This document shows, piece after piece, positions 62,530 through 64,000 of a stretch of 64,000 nt of DNA (position 1 is its first letter; the number at the start of each line of letters is the position of its first letter). Position numbers and translations under genes: made by a program. This stretch comes from Rozella allomycis CSF55. Taxonomy: Eukaryota. The notes under the pieces were generated by a model. The model was given only the letters and a program-made list of their open reading frames with translations. It made no database searches and was not told where the DNA came from. Where the stretch lies: assembly GCA_000442015.1 (NCBI GenBank), contig KE560565.1:1-64000 (forward strand), written 5' to 3'.

Positions 62530-63092
62530 GATCGGGACTTAACCAAGCAACTACTACTACTACACTACTAACAAAGACCAAGACGAAAAGCAACCACTGT
62601 GAACACAACTTTGAATCTTCAAAATGCTGCACTGCAATGTTCTAACCAATGGCTGTCATCGATACATCAAAGCAGGAGAGAAGCGAGTCAAACACCGAGA
62701 AGGTTCCGCCTCATGCGCATCTGCAACTGCACTGAAGCCATCCCACAAGGCCAACCTAGTCTGGACTGTTGATAGCGCTATCACTGACCACTTGACATCA
62801 AATAAAGAAACATTCGAGCTTGACAAGGAATATTCAAAAATATTCAAATTATTTAGAAGTTGCTAATGGCACTCAAATGCCAATTATCGGTAACGGAAAC
62901 ATGCGCCTGGGCAAGCTCAATTTACTGAACACCCTGATGTGTCCACAAGCTACCCACAACTTAGTCTCAGTCCCACAACTAACCCGTGACGGATTCACTG
63001 CCACAATCGTTACTGAAAATAGATGCCTCATATAACAACTAACACCAACTCATATTAGACAGCCCACCACTTTTGGCAGCAGAGCTGAACTC

Positions 63093-63573
63093 TAGAGACC
63101 TGCATGAGACGGTTTTTCTCAGCAAGTACTCGTTCTCGCGAGAGATGAGACAAAACCAACACGATTCCCACATACCACCAACTTTCTATGAATGAGACCG
63201 AGTACTCGCCACCCCTTCACACCCTTGCCAATCCCGAAATTTACAGAATGGAGCCTAACGTAAAGGAACAAATAATGATGAAACTTGATCGCAAAGAATA
63301 CATTTCTATTCCTTATGAACCCAAAAATGAACGCAAAATTCGTAGCGCGGCTTGGGAGTTTTTTCATTTGGTATGTGATACCAAACAGGACTCTGTTGGG
63401 TATGCACTTTTCCAGCACTGCAAGGAACGAGATGGTTTAATAAGCGTTAAACATAAAAGCACTTCCGGGCTTCTCAAACATATAAACATCTGCAAGAAAA
63501 GAAAACTTTCCGAGACCAGTTTTCGGAGCCAGGTCAAATGCCAATAACTTCATTTTTAAAAGTAAAAAATATT
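63093..63573 (+). mobile_element. 5' end of a hAT transposon (BED finger) nested in copia
   Basis: Starts TAGAGACCTGCA. ORF has SAAWEFF...QHC...STSGLLKHINIC. The uninterrupted copia target sequence (GCTGAACTCACAATC) appears after N63574. Confidence 0.78.
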
Positions 63574-64000
63574 NCCACCACTTTTGGAAGCAGCGCTGAA
63601 CTCACAATCACTACTCAGTTAAACAACTTAAAAAACCATTCAGCCAACGTTGTGACCGCTATGGAGATTCATTGCAAACTAGGTCACATTAGTTTCAGGC
63701 GTCTGTATGACATACGGTCCAGATTGCCACAAGGCCCAACATGTAATCCCAATAAGATGCAACCATGCACATTCTACCTGCAGGTAAAATCCAAAAGAAG
63801 TCTTCCTATGACTCAACTATGAGATAAACCAAACCGTATTGGAGATGTTGTTGTACANAAAAATATTATTTCCTTTTTTTCAAAGGTGAAAAAGGCTCCA
63901 GACAAGGCTGTTGCAAGCTGTCGTAATGCACAATTAAACTTAGTCTTAGCCCTGTGTCTGCTTTGTTAGTAGGCCGAACCCTTTCCATGGTTGGTGTCCG

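Larger units (their letters stand above)
61618..63857 (+). mobile_element. Degenerate Ty1/copia element: LTR, gag, protease, pre-integrase
   Basis: Short LTR TGTTGA...TCTACA (61618-61736) containing TATATAAA; CGTTATAAGC resembles the GGTTATGAGC half-tRNA PBS; gag EIWNAITNKFE; WTVDSAITDH; VANG...NLVSVPQL; HCKLGH. Confidence 0.85.

Overview
AT-rich, very compact eukaryotic sequence. It has tiny GT-AG introns (mostly ~26-32 nt), very short intergenic spaces, fungal-type housekeeping genes and several genes normally described in animals. I infer an early-diverging fungus or opisthosporidian such as Rozella; this is not verified. Two gene-dense blocks (1-15.6 kb and 22.7-51.2 kb) hold about 30 intron-containing genes. 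They alternate with two islands of decayed transposons (15.65-22.73 kb and 51.3-64 kb) containing copia, gypsy, LINE, hAT, MULE and PIF1-like remnants. There are 17 single-N assembly gaps, all in or at the edges of those islands. Gene models were spliced by eye and family calls rest on motifs recalled from memory, with no database search, so boundaries are approximate. Best leads: (1) an apparently single-gene FERM-SH3-FERM-CH-DH-PH-coiled-coil RhoGEF; (2) a ~370-nt imperfect fold-back in an otherwise unexplained intergenic gap; (3) BRF2-like, Raf1/Dos1-like and SPATA22-like genes; (4) head-to-head genes with ATGs 14-27 nt apart and a recurring AAGCCAC motif; (5) a rearranged MULE carrying a kinase fragment.
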